Shown: piece after piece, positions 38,154-45,468 of the stretch | Layout of the letters: every line of letters begins with the position of its first letter | How positions within the stretch are numbered: the first letter of the stretch is position 1 | From: a virus | Taxonomy: Duplodnaviria > Caudoviricetes | Virus record (IMG/VR): IMGVR_UViG_3300027757_000008 | Span: 1 to 53,394 of that record | Length of the DNA stretch: 53,394 bases | Reading direction: 5' to 3' (one strand) | Program-made: the position numbers and the translations under genes | The notes under the pieces: generated by a model | What the model was told of the DNA's origin: nothing | Database searches by the model: none | Seen by the model: only the letters and a program-made list of their open reading frames with translations

Positions 38154-38387
38154 ATGACTTTCCTTTGCAAAACTGAAGTAGAATTCTCTACCGCGCTCCG
38201 CGCCTTGGCTCTTGACTTTTTGTTCAAAAAGCGTGATGCTGATGAAACTAAATCTTTAGTTCACGCCTACCTTGGGCAGAATCGCCGCCACTACCCTAAA
38301 GATGCGGCCTTTTGGACTGACCACTTCCGCTCATTGTTTACGAACGATGGTGGTTCACTTACCCGGGCCGCGGCTACGGGTAACTAA
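38154..38387 (+). CDS. Hypothetical protein enclosed by the two hammerheads (77 aa from ATG 38154; 90 aa from 38115)
   Basis: Open frame; the downstream ATG is preferred because 38117-38140 is a repeated leader hairpin. Confidence 0.6.
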   Translation: MTFLCKTEVEFSTALRALALDFLFKKRDADETKSLVHAYLGQNRRHYPKDAAFWTDHFRSLFTNDGGSLTRAAATGN

Positions 38388-38389
38388 CA

Positions 38390-38442
38390 GGTTAACTGAT
38401 GATGGCTTGAATAGCCGAAACGCCCTACGGGGCGTCTTAACC
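38390..38442 (+). ncRNA. Type I hammerhead ribozyme, copy 2 (predicted cleavage after C38436)
   Basis: GGTTAA-CTGATGA-T-GGCT(TGAAT)AGCC-GAAA-CGCCC(TACG)GGGCG-TC-TTAACC; compensatory change in stem II relative to copy 1. Confidence 0.85.
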
Positions 38443-38458
38443 AATAAATCTACAAAAG

Positions 38459-38821
38459 ATGAGCCGTTATGCTATTGACCGAAACACTGACTTCGTTAAG
38501 TTGGTTGTTAAGTTTGAGTTTGATTACAATATCACTCCTGTTACCTTCGTATGCCTACAACACGAAGGTCGCCTTCCCGAACTATCCCGTGTAGGTTCAC
38601 GCCGGGGGCTACACGACAACAAAGATTTTGATAGCGACTACAAGAAGTTCGCAGAGGCTTTGTTCAGTAACTACTTCGCCGCACAACGCGAGGATGTTGA
38701 GATTAAAATCAGCGCCGAGCGTTTCGTGTGGAGCGAAAAGCACAATTGGGTGATTGGTCAACCAATGCCCGAAGTTAATTCTCTTGATAAAATTGTTGAC
38801 ATCCTAACATCTCGCGCCTAA
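38459..38821 (+). CDS. Early hypothetical protein, 120 aa
   Basis: ORF track; A-rich initiation region. Confidence 0.6.
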   Translation: MSRYAIDRNTDFVKLVVKFEFDYNITPVTFVCLQHEGRLPELSRVGSRRGLHDNKDFDSDYKKFAEALFSNYFAAQREDVEIKISAERFVWSEKHNWVIGQPMPEVNSLDKIVDILTSRA

Positions 38822-39027
38822 TGGACTTTATTCTTATTCACGCCATCCCCGCCGCACTTGCCGGCCTGTTAGTATTCGGTGAGGCTTTCATCTCAAAGCC
38901 CACCAAGAAAGTAGCACCACGGGTGCATTACATCACCAAGCCTTGCCGCTACGGCGACGAAGTTTGTTCAGTAACCATCAAGTACATCGATGGTATTCAA
39001 GTTGGTTCACGATTAAATCTTAAATAA
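38821..39027 (+). CDS. Small membrane-anchored protein, 68 aa
   Basis: Hydrophobic N-terminus; stop/start overlap. Confidence 0.55.
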   Translation: MDFILIHAIPAALAGLLVFGEAFISKPTKKVAPRVHYITKPCRYGDEVCSVTIKYIDGIQVGSRLNLK

Positions 39028-39054
39028 GAAAACAATTAACAAATCACTATCATT

Positions 39055-39225
39055 ATGGCTTACTTACTTTTGATTATTATGTTCTTCGGAATCATCACGA
39101 TGATTACCGGGGGCGACCTTATGGCTAACGCCAAGACAACATTCCGCAAACTTGAGGGCGGCTTTGTTATGGGCGCGGGTGTTCTTGGAATCCTCGCCTC
39201 AATCTTTTACCTTGTAATTCACTAA
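39055..39225 (+). CDS. Small two-TM membrane protein, 56 aa (MAYLLLIIMFFGII...)
   Basis: Read manually; preceded by the repeated AAATCACTATCATT-ATG leader. Confidence 0.6.
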   Translation: MAYLLLIIMFFGIITMITGGDLMANAKTTFRKLEGGFVMGAGVLGILASIFYLVIH

Positions 39226-39236
39226 ACTGAAATAAA

Positions 39237-39452
39237 ATGGGATACTACATTGTTGAAAACGAACACGCCACTAACTACAGGAACCTTGTTCTTGACGGCC
39301 TTGACCACGCCGAGGCAGTAGCCGAAGCCCTTGAAGAGGCAACGGGTTACCCTTGGTATGTAACTCCGCTTGTGTTCGCCAATGAACTTGGCGGCATTGA
39401 CAAAATAATTAACGAAGACATTGACCCAAAATGGACAAAGAGAAAGAAATGA
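39237..39452 (+). CDS. Early hypothetical protein, 71 aa
   Basis: ORF track; operon packing. Confidence 0.55.
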   Translation: MGYYIVENEHATNYRNLVLDGLDHAEAVAEALEEATGYPWYVTPLVFANELGGIDKIINEDIDPKWTKRKK

Positions 39453-39685
39453 ACAAGTATATAATTGTTGTGAGCCGATACCAATCGGTATCGCTTATAG
39501 TTGAGGCCGAGGATATTGACAAAGCCGAATGGATAGCCCACCAAGCCGCGGAGGTTGATGGGTTCTTTAGTGATGACAATGACATCATTGAAGTTATTGA
39601 CGCCTTGGATGAAGACCAAGAGCCGACCCTTATTAAGGAAGAGCCTCACTTGCGCCAATCTGATGGCGGATGGGACTTTCAATAA
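39449..39685 (+). CDS. Acidic DpnD/PcfM-like small protein
   Basis: KY...V.......VEAED..KA...A pattern; ATGA overlap start at 39449. Confidence 0.5.
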   Translation: MNKYIIVVSRYQSVSLIVEAEDIDKAEWIAHQAAEVDGFFSDDNDIIEVIDALDEDQEPTLIKEEPHLRQSDGGWDFQ

Positions 39686-39692
39686 CTAAACC

Positions 39693-39733
39693 GGGTGTAT
39701 GGTATGTGTGAGGGTTCGACTCCCTCACGCCCA
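39693..39733 (+). ncRNA. tRNA minihelix-like element (acceptor stem plus T arm only)
   Basis: GGGTGT...GAGGG-TTCGACT-CCCTC-ACGCCC-A; intergenic. Confidence 0.65.
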
Positions 39734-39784
39734 CTAAATAAATAAAATACGAACCGATGCTACGGCATCACAATTCTCTGCGCT

Positions 39785-40348
39785 ATGCAAAACCGAATGA
39801 CCCAATTGCTCAACGACAAGTACACCGCTGAACAACGCGCCGCCGTACTGATTGACTACTTCGCCAACAACGGCGATACGCTCCCTTGCTCCGGCTTTGG
39901 AAATCCTTTGAACTTTAAGAGCGGGATTGTTGTTGTCCCCTCTTCGCGGATAGCCGCTCCTCTGCGCTACTTTTGGGAAGGCTTGGTATCTAACTTCTTT
40001 GTCGAGTTCGGGGTTAAACTTGACTATGTTGATAAGTTCTACGAAGAGGCCGTAGAGGAACTGAAGAAGAACAACCCCGAGGGCGCGAGCATTTGTTGGG
40101 AGGATGTCATCCTTCAGTATGTCCTCTTGGGGCACCCGATTATCATTAACGATAACGACCAAGTAATTGGCGCGGCGACCCTGTTCCACCGGGACATCAT
40201 TGGTAACTTCGTTAAGGCAGTAGCCTCTAACGATAACACGGAACTCGCCTTGCGTTGGCTACAGGAGTTCCAAGTATGTCAGCACGACGCTATCGTGACC
40301 GACGGCTTCTTGCAGTTTTGTGTATATGGTGACCTTATCTTCGGGTAA
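39785..40348 (+). CDS. Conserved phage hypothetical protein, 187 aa
   Basis: CWEDV...DA...D.FLQ..VYGDLIFG C-terminal motif. Confidence 0.6.
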   Translation: MQNRMTQLLNDKYTAEQRAAVLIDYFANNGDTLPCSGFGNPLNFKSGIVVVPSSRIAAPLRYFWEGLVSNFFVEFGVKLDYVDKFYEEAVEELKKNNPEGASICWEDVILQYVLLGHPIIINDNDQVIGAATLFHRDIIGNFVKAVASNDNTELALRWLQEFQVCQHDAIVTDGFLQFCVYGDLIFG

Positions 40349-40356
40349 GGTTCACC
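40328..40356 (+). terminator. UUCG-capped hairpin over a stop codon (terminator or processing stem)
   Basis: GGTGA-CCTTATC-TTCG-GGTAAGG-T-TCACC followed by TTAATTT. Confidence 0.5.
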
Positions 40357-40377
40357 TTAATTTAAATCACTATTATT

Positions 40378-40539
40378 ATGACTAAATTAGATTTCTTTTA
40401 CCTCTGCGGCGAGGCGTCAGTCGACCCAAAGATTGCACTTGAGAACGAATCAGTTCGCGCTATCCTAAAAAAGGACAAGGATGTTAATAGTGTTGACAAC
40501 CAAGTTGAAATGTTAGAAATACTTGAAACCGAATTTTAA
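40378..40539 (+). CDS. Small protein, 53 aa (MTKLDFFYLCGEASVDPKIALENE...ETEF)
   Basis: Read manually; preceded by the repeated AAATCACTATTATT-ATG leader. Confidence 0.6.
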   Translation: MTKLDFFYLCGEASVDPKIALENESVRAILKKDKDVNSVDNQVEMLEILETEF

Positions 40540-40541
40540 TT

Positions 40542-40826
40542 ATGAAAGACAAGAAGTTATTTTGGACGGCAGTAAACCTCCTCAATGACCGGGGCGGTTG
40601 GAGGGCAATCCTTCAGTATTGCGACGAACTATACGCCGACGGCGTAAAAGACCTTGAAGTTACCGAGTGTACGAACTGCGGTAGCGAATACCACTACCAC
40701 AATGTTTGTGTAATGTGCGAAACATACAACACTCCCGCTGACCGCCGTAGGCACGAACAATGGGATAACCGACACAAAGCCTCCCGCCCGGAAGGCATTG
40801 ATAACCGAGGCCGAATTAACCTTTAA
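40542..40826 (+). CDS. Small zinc-finger protein, 94 aa
   Basis: CxxC-x9-CxxC (CTNC...CVMC). Confidence 0.55.
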   Translation: MKDKKLFWTAVNLLNDRGGWRAILQYCDELYADGVKDLEVTECTNCGSEYHYHNVCVMCETYNTPADRRRHEQWDNRHKASRPEGIDNRGRINL

Positions 40827-40838
40827 CCTTAATTCATT

Positions 40839-41447
40839 ATGACTGAATTGAAAGAGAACTTTGAAAAGTATGCAGTCGTTATGACTGACAACGATGCTTA
40901 CCCTTTGGTTGGTGAGTACGGATGGATGTCCCTCGGTTGGGAGGGCACACAGGACATTGAAGACATCCTTGACCAAGTCAAGGACTTTGCAATGGCTAAA
41001 CTTAACACCCTGTTAGTCCAAGGTGGCTACCACCGGATTGGTTCACTCTCCAAGGAGAGAAATTCATCCACTTACATTCGTGGCGGTATGGGGGGCCGCA
41101 TCATCCAAGTTAACCTTGAAACTACGCCCGGCACTTATGGCCTAATCCAAGACCGCTACAGCGAGGCTATGGGGCAATGGCGCAACGATATGCGTAACTA
41201 CTTCAATAGCGACTGCGAGTATCAGCGCGTACGAGGCAAGAAGCCATTCGAGAGTGTAGAAACACTATACGGGTTCTTCCAATGGGACACTAATCCCGGG
41301 AAGGGTCTTCACTATGTCGTGATGAACGCGAGGGCTAGCGTTGTAGTTGGCCTTGACCGCTCACAAATCCGTCACATAGTTGAACTATACGGAAATATGG
41401 ATATGGCTGACTTCGAGGAGGCCTTGATTAATTACGAATCTAATTAA
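40839..41447 (+). CDS. Hypothetical protein, 202 aa
   Basis: ORF track; no motif recognised. Confidence 0.6.
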   Translation: MTELKENFEKYAVVMTDNDAYPLVGEYGWMSLGWEGTQDIEDILDQVKDFAMAKLNTLLVQGGYHRIGSLSKERNSSTYIRGGMGGRIIQVNLETTPGTYGLIQDRYSEAMGQWRNDMRNYFNSDCEYQRVRGKKPFESVETLYGFFQWDTNPGKGLHYVVMNARASVVVGLDRSQIRHIVELYGNMDMADFEEALINYESN

Positions 41448-41459
41448 TTCACTATCATT

Positions 41460-41660
41460 ATGAAACCACTTAAAGAAGTAGTCGTCTACGAGATGGACGA
41501 AGTTGCAAAGATGATTGAGAGCCACCGACACGGAATGAATGTCTTGGTGAAAATCCAACAAGAGGTTAGCGAACTGCACGACCTTGAAATTATTGATGAG
41601 GCGACCTTTGAGCGCCTAAATACTAAAATTAAAGATGTCTTTAACTTAATTGTTCAGTAA
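41460..41660 (+). CDS. Hypothetical protein, 66 aa
   Basis: Preceded by AATTCACTATCATT-ATG leader. Confidence 0.6.
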   Translation: MKPLKEVVVYEMDEVAKMIESHRHGMNVLVKIQQEVSELHDLEIIDEATFERLNTKIKDVFNLIVQ

Positions 41661-41661
41661 G

Positions 41662-41865
41662 ATGACAAAGTACTATGTTGTTATAGAACGCGTCAACGCG
41701 ATTAACATTCCCGTTGAAGCAAACAGCCCCGAAGAGGCGGCTGATTTGGCTAACGCCAAAATCGCCCGTGGCGAAATCCTTGATTTGGACTTCGACCTTG
41801 CAGATTCGGGTATATGGGCTACCCAAGTTAGCGACCGCAATTTTAATCACCTTTTAGACATTTGA
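41662..41865 (+). CDS. DpnD/PcfM-like small protein (paralogue-like to 39449-39685)
   Basis: MTKYYVVIERV....VEANSPEEAADLA. Confidence 0.55.
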   Translation: MTKYYVVIERVNAINIPVEANSPEEAADLANAKIARGEILDLDFDLADSGIWATQVSDRNFNHLLDI

Positions 41866-42260
41866 TTATGCACTTTGAGCAAATACCTTCAAACGAACTG
41901 ACCTTCGTTGTTAGAGATTCCGGAGTCGTTGAATCCGAGATTAACGGCAAGGAATATCAAAAACTCGTTATGATGCTGATGCACGGCGAGGAAATGATTT
42001 TCGGAACTTGGGAAATGTTTCCAATGTATCAAGCCGAATTCTTTGCCGAACAAAGCGCCCCATTGTCATTCTTAATTGATGACCTGTGGTTTGCTTTTGA
42101 GGCCTCGGGCTGTGACTACGACCTAAACTTTTGGTACGACGCCGAAAACAAGCCACACGCTTCTATCTACCCAATCTACCAAGATGAGAACGGAGATACC
42201 GACACTGATTGCTCCGAACTAATCCACCGAATTACGAACTTTAAATTTGACCTTGAATAA
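41862..42260 (+). CDS. Acidic hypothetical protein, ~130 aa
   Basis: Asp/Glu- and aromatic-rich ORF. Confidence 0.55.
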   Translation: MIMHFEQIPSNELTFVVRDSGVVESEINGKEYQKLVMMLMHGEEMIFGTWEMFPMYQAEFFAEQSAPLSFLIDDLWFAFEASGCDYDLNFWYDAENKPHASIYPIYQDENGDTDTDCSELIHRITNFKFDLE

Positions 42261-42490
42261 TGGTACGAACTACTTTCTCTGCGACCGAGGGTGACTTGAA
42301 GGTCACCCTCCGTGTTGACAACGGACAAACGCTTGTCAGCGTATTGTTTGACGGCGAACTGATTGAGCAGTACTATACTGCTAAAGTTTCACAACCGGGG
42401 ACTTACGCCCTATCGCTAATTGATTCCTTCCAATCAGTTATGCGAGATGCGGCACTTGTCCCGGACTTAACCGAAATAGATTATGTTTGA
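42260..42490 (+). CDS. Hypothetical protein, 76 aa
   Basis: Stop/start overlap. Confidence 0.55.
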   Translation: MVRTTFSATEGDLKVTLRVDNGQTLVSVLFDGELIEQYYTAKVSQPGTYALSLIDSFQSVMRDAALVPDLTEIDYV

Positions 42491-42794
42491 TACAGCAAGG
42501 CTTATTAACCTGTTCACAGCAGTTGAAACAGCATCAAGAGCGGGAGAAGGCCTCCTTCGCTTTATTGGCGAGCGCGACGAGAGATATGCCTTGGCGTTTA
42601 TTTTCTTGAACGACAAAACAGCGCAGTTCCTGTGGGATAAAGGCGACAAGGTGCGCACGGCATCATATGTGTTTTCAGTATTCAACGCTCACAACGCCTC
42701 CGCCTCTACTGACATCCTTGAGGTAGACCTTTGGAACTCCCCCGTTTATTCCGAGCCGCTCCTTCTTAACACTATTCAACAATTTGAACAATGA
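42483..42794 (+). CDS. Hypothetical protein, 103 aa
   Basis: Overlapping operon packing. Confidence 0.55.
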   Translation: MFDTARLINLFTAVETASRAGEGLLRFIGERDERYALAFIFLNDKTAQFLWDKGDKVRTASYVFSVFNAHNASASTDILEVDLWNSPVYSEPLLLNTIQQFEQ

Positions 42795-42931
42795 GCATCT
42801 GCATCTTATTTAAGGACGACGACATTCAGTATCGTTTTAAATGCGAGTCTATGGATGAGGCGAGAGGCTTTCGGGCCGAACTTGCCGCCGCGGGATACGA
42901 AGACATAGTAATTGAAATATCGGAAAAATGA
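42791..42931 (+). CDS. Small hypothetical protein, 46 aa (MSICILFKDDDIQYRF...)
   Basis: Read manually; ATGA overlaps at both ends. Confidence 0.55.
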   Translation: MSICILFKDDDIQYRFKCESMDEARGFRAELAAAGYEDIVIEISEK

Positions 42932-43284
42932 AAAATAGTGTAACGCTACCCGAAATGTTTGGGTACGATGAGGATAAGTTTATTGTAAAGTTTGATGAAC
43001 TTATGTCGGCAATACGAAACTCAACTGACGACAGCGACGTCATAAAACTGGTTGACATAATCTCAAACGACAAGGTTGAAGCAATCATTCTAACTTGGTG
43101 TGTAGCCAAGGCGGGAAGCGACTTACAGGACGGCGCTACAAATGCGCTATTTGAAGGTACGATGAACGCAATTATTGATATGTTTGATTCAATAGAAGAC
43201 CAGGAGTTGTCGGATAGTTTGTCCGAGCAACTTTACAGCAAGTTATTGAAACTAAAATCCGATTACGACGATGACGAAATCTAA
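42928..43284 (+). CDS. Highly acidic helical protein, 118 aa
   Basis: Asp/Glu-rich ORF. Confidence 0.55.
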   Translation: MKNSVTLPEMFGYDEDKFIVKFDELMSAIRNSTDDSDVIKLVDIISNDKVEAIILTWCVAKAGSDLQDGATNALFEGTMNAIIDMFDSIEDQELSDSLSEQLYSKLLKLKSDYDDDEI

Positions 43285-43423
43285 ATGGGATGAACTATAC
43301 GAACTGATAAATGAGTCCATTTGCGACTACAAAGAACTTGACCGCGTCCATCAACTGATGGCTGAAATTCAACTTGACCACCGAGATTACCGAACTCAAC
43401 GTGGTCGTAACCCCGACTTCTAA
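43271..43423 (+). CDS. Small hypothetical protein, 50 aa (MTKSKWDELYELINES...)
   Basis: Read manually; fills the gap. Confidence 0.45.
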   Translation: MTKSKWDELYELINESICDYKELDRVHQLMAEIQLDHRDYRTQRGRNPDF

Positions 43424-43528
43424 TGACTCTTAATATGTCGTCCGATACTTACAGCGACCAAATTACGGCGCAGTATTATCAAATTATGGCTCTCAAGGAG
43501 CGCATAACCGAATTAGAAAATAAGTTAA

Positions 43529-44002
43529 ATGAGAAATGCAGTACTTGCGGGAACGCTGTTCATAGTGACCACGATGTCACTAACGAGCAATAACCTAACC
43601 GGGGTGGTGGAAGCAGAGTACACCGCGCCAAAGCGCAGTCGAAAGGACTCGCTACGCGCACTTCTAAATGCTCAAAAATATGTTGAGAGCAGAGGCGATT
43701 CAATGGCGTATAACGCAAGAGAAAACGCCGCAGGAGTTTTGCAAATACGACCTATATTCCTTTCGGAATTAAACCGCCAATTAAGGTTAGATGGTAGAGA
43801 TTATCAGTACACACTTCAAGATAGGTTTTCAGAAAAAAAATCTGAAAAAATGTGGTGCGACTACGTTGATTTAATGCACAAAAATCATAAGTTTGAACGT
43901 ATAGCAAGATGTTGGAATGGTGGCCCTCGTGGTCACAAAAAACAATCCACGATTGTCTATTGGAATAGAGTAGAAAATAAATTAAATCAATATGCAAAAT
44001 AA
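43529..44002 (+). CDS. Lysozyme-fold muralytic enzyme (lytic transglycosylase/destabilase-like) with N-terminal signal, 157 aa
   Basis: VES.G...A (catalytic Glu), GVLQI, ARCWNGGP motifs. Confidence 0.75.
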   Translation: MRNAVLAGTLFIVTTMSLTSNNLTGVVEAEYTAPKRSRKDSLRALLNAQKYVESRGDSMAYNARENAAGVLQIRPIFLSELNRQLRLDGRDYQYTLQDRFSEKKSEKMWCDYVDLMHKNHKFERIARCWNGGPRGHKKQSTIVYWNRVENKLNQYAK

Positions 44003-44624
44003 AGTAGAACTACTTGGTTACTACGGCTCCGACCAAATCATCGCGCAAAGCGCCTGGACTTCTACAAGCCGAGAACTCAACGAAGATAAGTTGAAACGAA
44101 TCCCCGCGCTGATTGATATGCTTTGGAATAACGGGCACGAAACGCCGTTTGAGAAGGCGCAAGTTCACTTCCTTGTGACTACCGACGTCGCAACACACAT
44201 CCACTTGCTCAAACACAGGATATCATCGCTCAACGCCGAGAGTGCGCGATACAAGGAACTTAAAGAAGACAACTTTTATGTCCCCATTGATTGGGATTTA
44301 GGTAGCCAAGAGAAACTGATATCGTTCTCCGAGTTGTCTAATAAGTTGTATCACGAACACGTTGAGAAACTCACGCCAACACTTGGTCGTAAGCGAGCAA
44401 AAGAATCTGCACGATTCTTCAAGGCATACAACTCGCAAATCACGGCAGATGTTATGTTCAATATGCGCTCGTTTGCAAACTTCTTGAAGTTACGGGCTTC
44501 CGAACACGCCCAGGTTGAGGTTCGTGAGTTGGCTATTGATATGCTAAAGTTAGTTCAGCAAATACCAGGAAATCCTTTTCAAGAAACCCTAAAACATATA
44601 TACCAATGGGATACGCAATTCTAA
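43992..44624 (+). CDS. thyX: Flavin-dependent thymidylate synthase ThyX
   Basis: GHETPFE, LLKHR..S.N.ESARY, N.RS..NFL.LR...HAQ.E.R motifs. Confidence 0.92.
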   Translation: MQNKVELLGYYGSDQIIAQSAWTSTSRELNEDKLKRIPALIDMLWNNGHETPFEKAQVHFLVTTDVATHIHLLKHRISSLNAESARYKELKEDNFYVPIDWDLGSQEKLISFSELSNKLYHEHVEKLTPTLGRKRAKESARFFKAYNSQITADVMFNMRSFANFLKLRASEHAQVEVRELAIDMLKLVQQIPGNPFQETLKHIYQWDTQF

Positions 44625-44986
44625 TAAGCCCACAGGAGGGCGAAAGTTCAGTTTCATACCTCAAGGAGATTGACGATAAATCACCTATGCAAGACCTTCC
44701 CCACTCGTTTAAGAGTAACGCATCGGTTCACAACATTGCTCCCGGTATAGACGTGTTCTACTGCAATGAGGCATCCGATTATACGGACGACATTGTGGTG
44801 CTGTCCGATGCGGATGGCGAGGTTTTGGGGACTTACTTTGGCTCAATATTTTTATTGGCCGGGAGTAAAAACGGATGGTCTGGCTTCAATATGAAGCGTG
44901 GCCAACAAATCCTAATGTCGCTGATTGTGAATGGTAAACCCGCAGTTCCGAAACTGGTTTCCGAACATTGGGCGCGCAAGCATTGA
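44606..44986 (+). CDS. Hypothetical protein, 126 aa
   Basis: D.F.CNE...G..FG.IFL pattern (possibly DUF3846-like). Confidence 0.5.
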   Translation: MGYAILISPQEGESSVSYLKEIDDKSPMQDLPHSFKSNASVHNIAPGIDVFYCNEASDYTDDIVVLSDADGEVLGTYFGSIFLLAGSKNGWSGFNMKRGQQILMSLIVNGKPAVPKLVSEHWARKH

Positions 44987-45039
44987 GTTTGTTTATAATT
45001 GTTTAAAACTAAAATAAAAGCGAGTGGTTGCCTTCGGTA

Positions 45040-45117
45040 TATTACTTCAGTATCTACTTCAGTAGTAGTTACCGAAGTTACTGAAGGTAACTACTTACTT
45101 AACTGAAGGTACCTTAA
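45040..45117 (+). repeat. Conserved hairpin element, copy 2
   Basis: GTAGTTACC-(12-nt loop)-GGTAACTAC followed by TACTTAACTGAAGGTACCTTAA. Confidence 0.7.
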
Positions 45118-45119
45118 GT

Positions 45120-45338
45120 ATGAAAAAATACGAGATAGCAGACGATGGAAACGATGAGACGCGCATTGAGATGCGCTTCCGCAATGATGAACTGAACTCC
45201 ATCGTAGACGAACTAACCCAAGTTTATCCCGGATTCAAGCAGTGGGTAGAGATGCCCAACAACCGATACTTCTTCCGAGAGATTGTGAACGTAGCCATCA
45301 ACCGCTACGCTGACCAATTGTGGAATACTGAAAAATAA
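45120..45338 (+). CDS. Small hypothetical protein (possible ribbon-helix-helix), 72 aa
   Basis: Beta-alpha-alpha-like layout; ATG immediately after the hairpin element. Confidence 0.5.
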   Translation: MKKYEIADDGNDETRIEMRFRNDELNSIVDELTQVYPGFKQWVEMPNNRYFFREIVNVAINRYADQLWNTEK

Positions 45339-45339
45339 A

Positions 45340-45399
45340 TTTGCACACGTCAAATATTTTTTGTATGTTTGCCGCCTCCATTGAGGAAGGTTCTTTGAC
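45340..45399 (+). promoter_or_regulatory. Promoter (-33 TTTG, 20-nt spacer, -7 TATGTTTG) followed by a hairpin and boxA-like GTTCTTTGAC
   Basis: Consensus match; CCTC-CATT-GAGG hairpin at 45375-45386; boxA-like at 45390-45399. Confidence 0.7.
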
Positions 45400-45422
45400 T
45401 TACTGAATAAAATTAAATCAAC

Positions 45423-45452
45423 GGCGAAGGGTAGCCGCCAACCACGCTATCC
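45423..45452 (+). promoter_or_regulatory. H-type RNA pseudoknot in the erf leader
   Basis: S1 GGCG/CGCC, L1 AA, S2 GGGTAGC/GCTATCC, L3 AACCAC. Confidence 0.65.
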
Positions 45453-45468
45453 AAAAAACTAATCTACT

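Noticed and set aside
42859-42886. TTCG-capped hairpin in an apparent intergenic gap
   Set aside because: Lies inside a 46-aa ORF (42791-42931) coupled at both ends, with no U-tail; probably incidental
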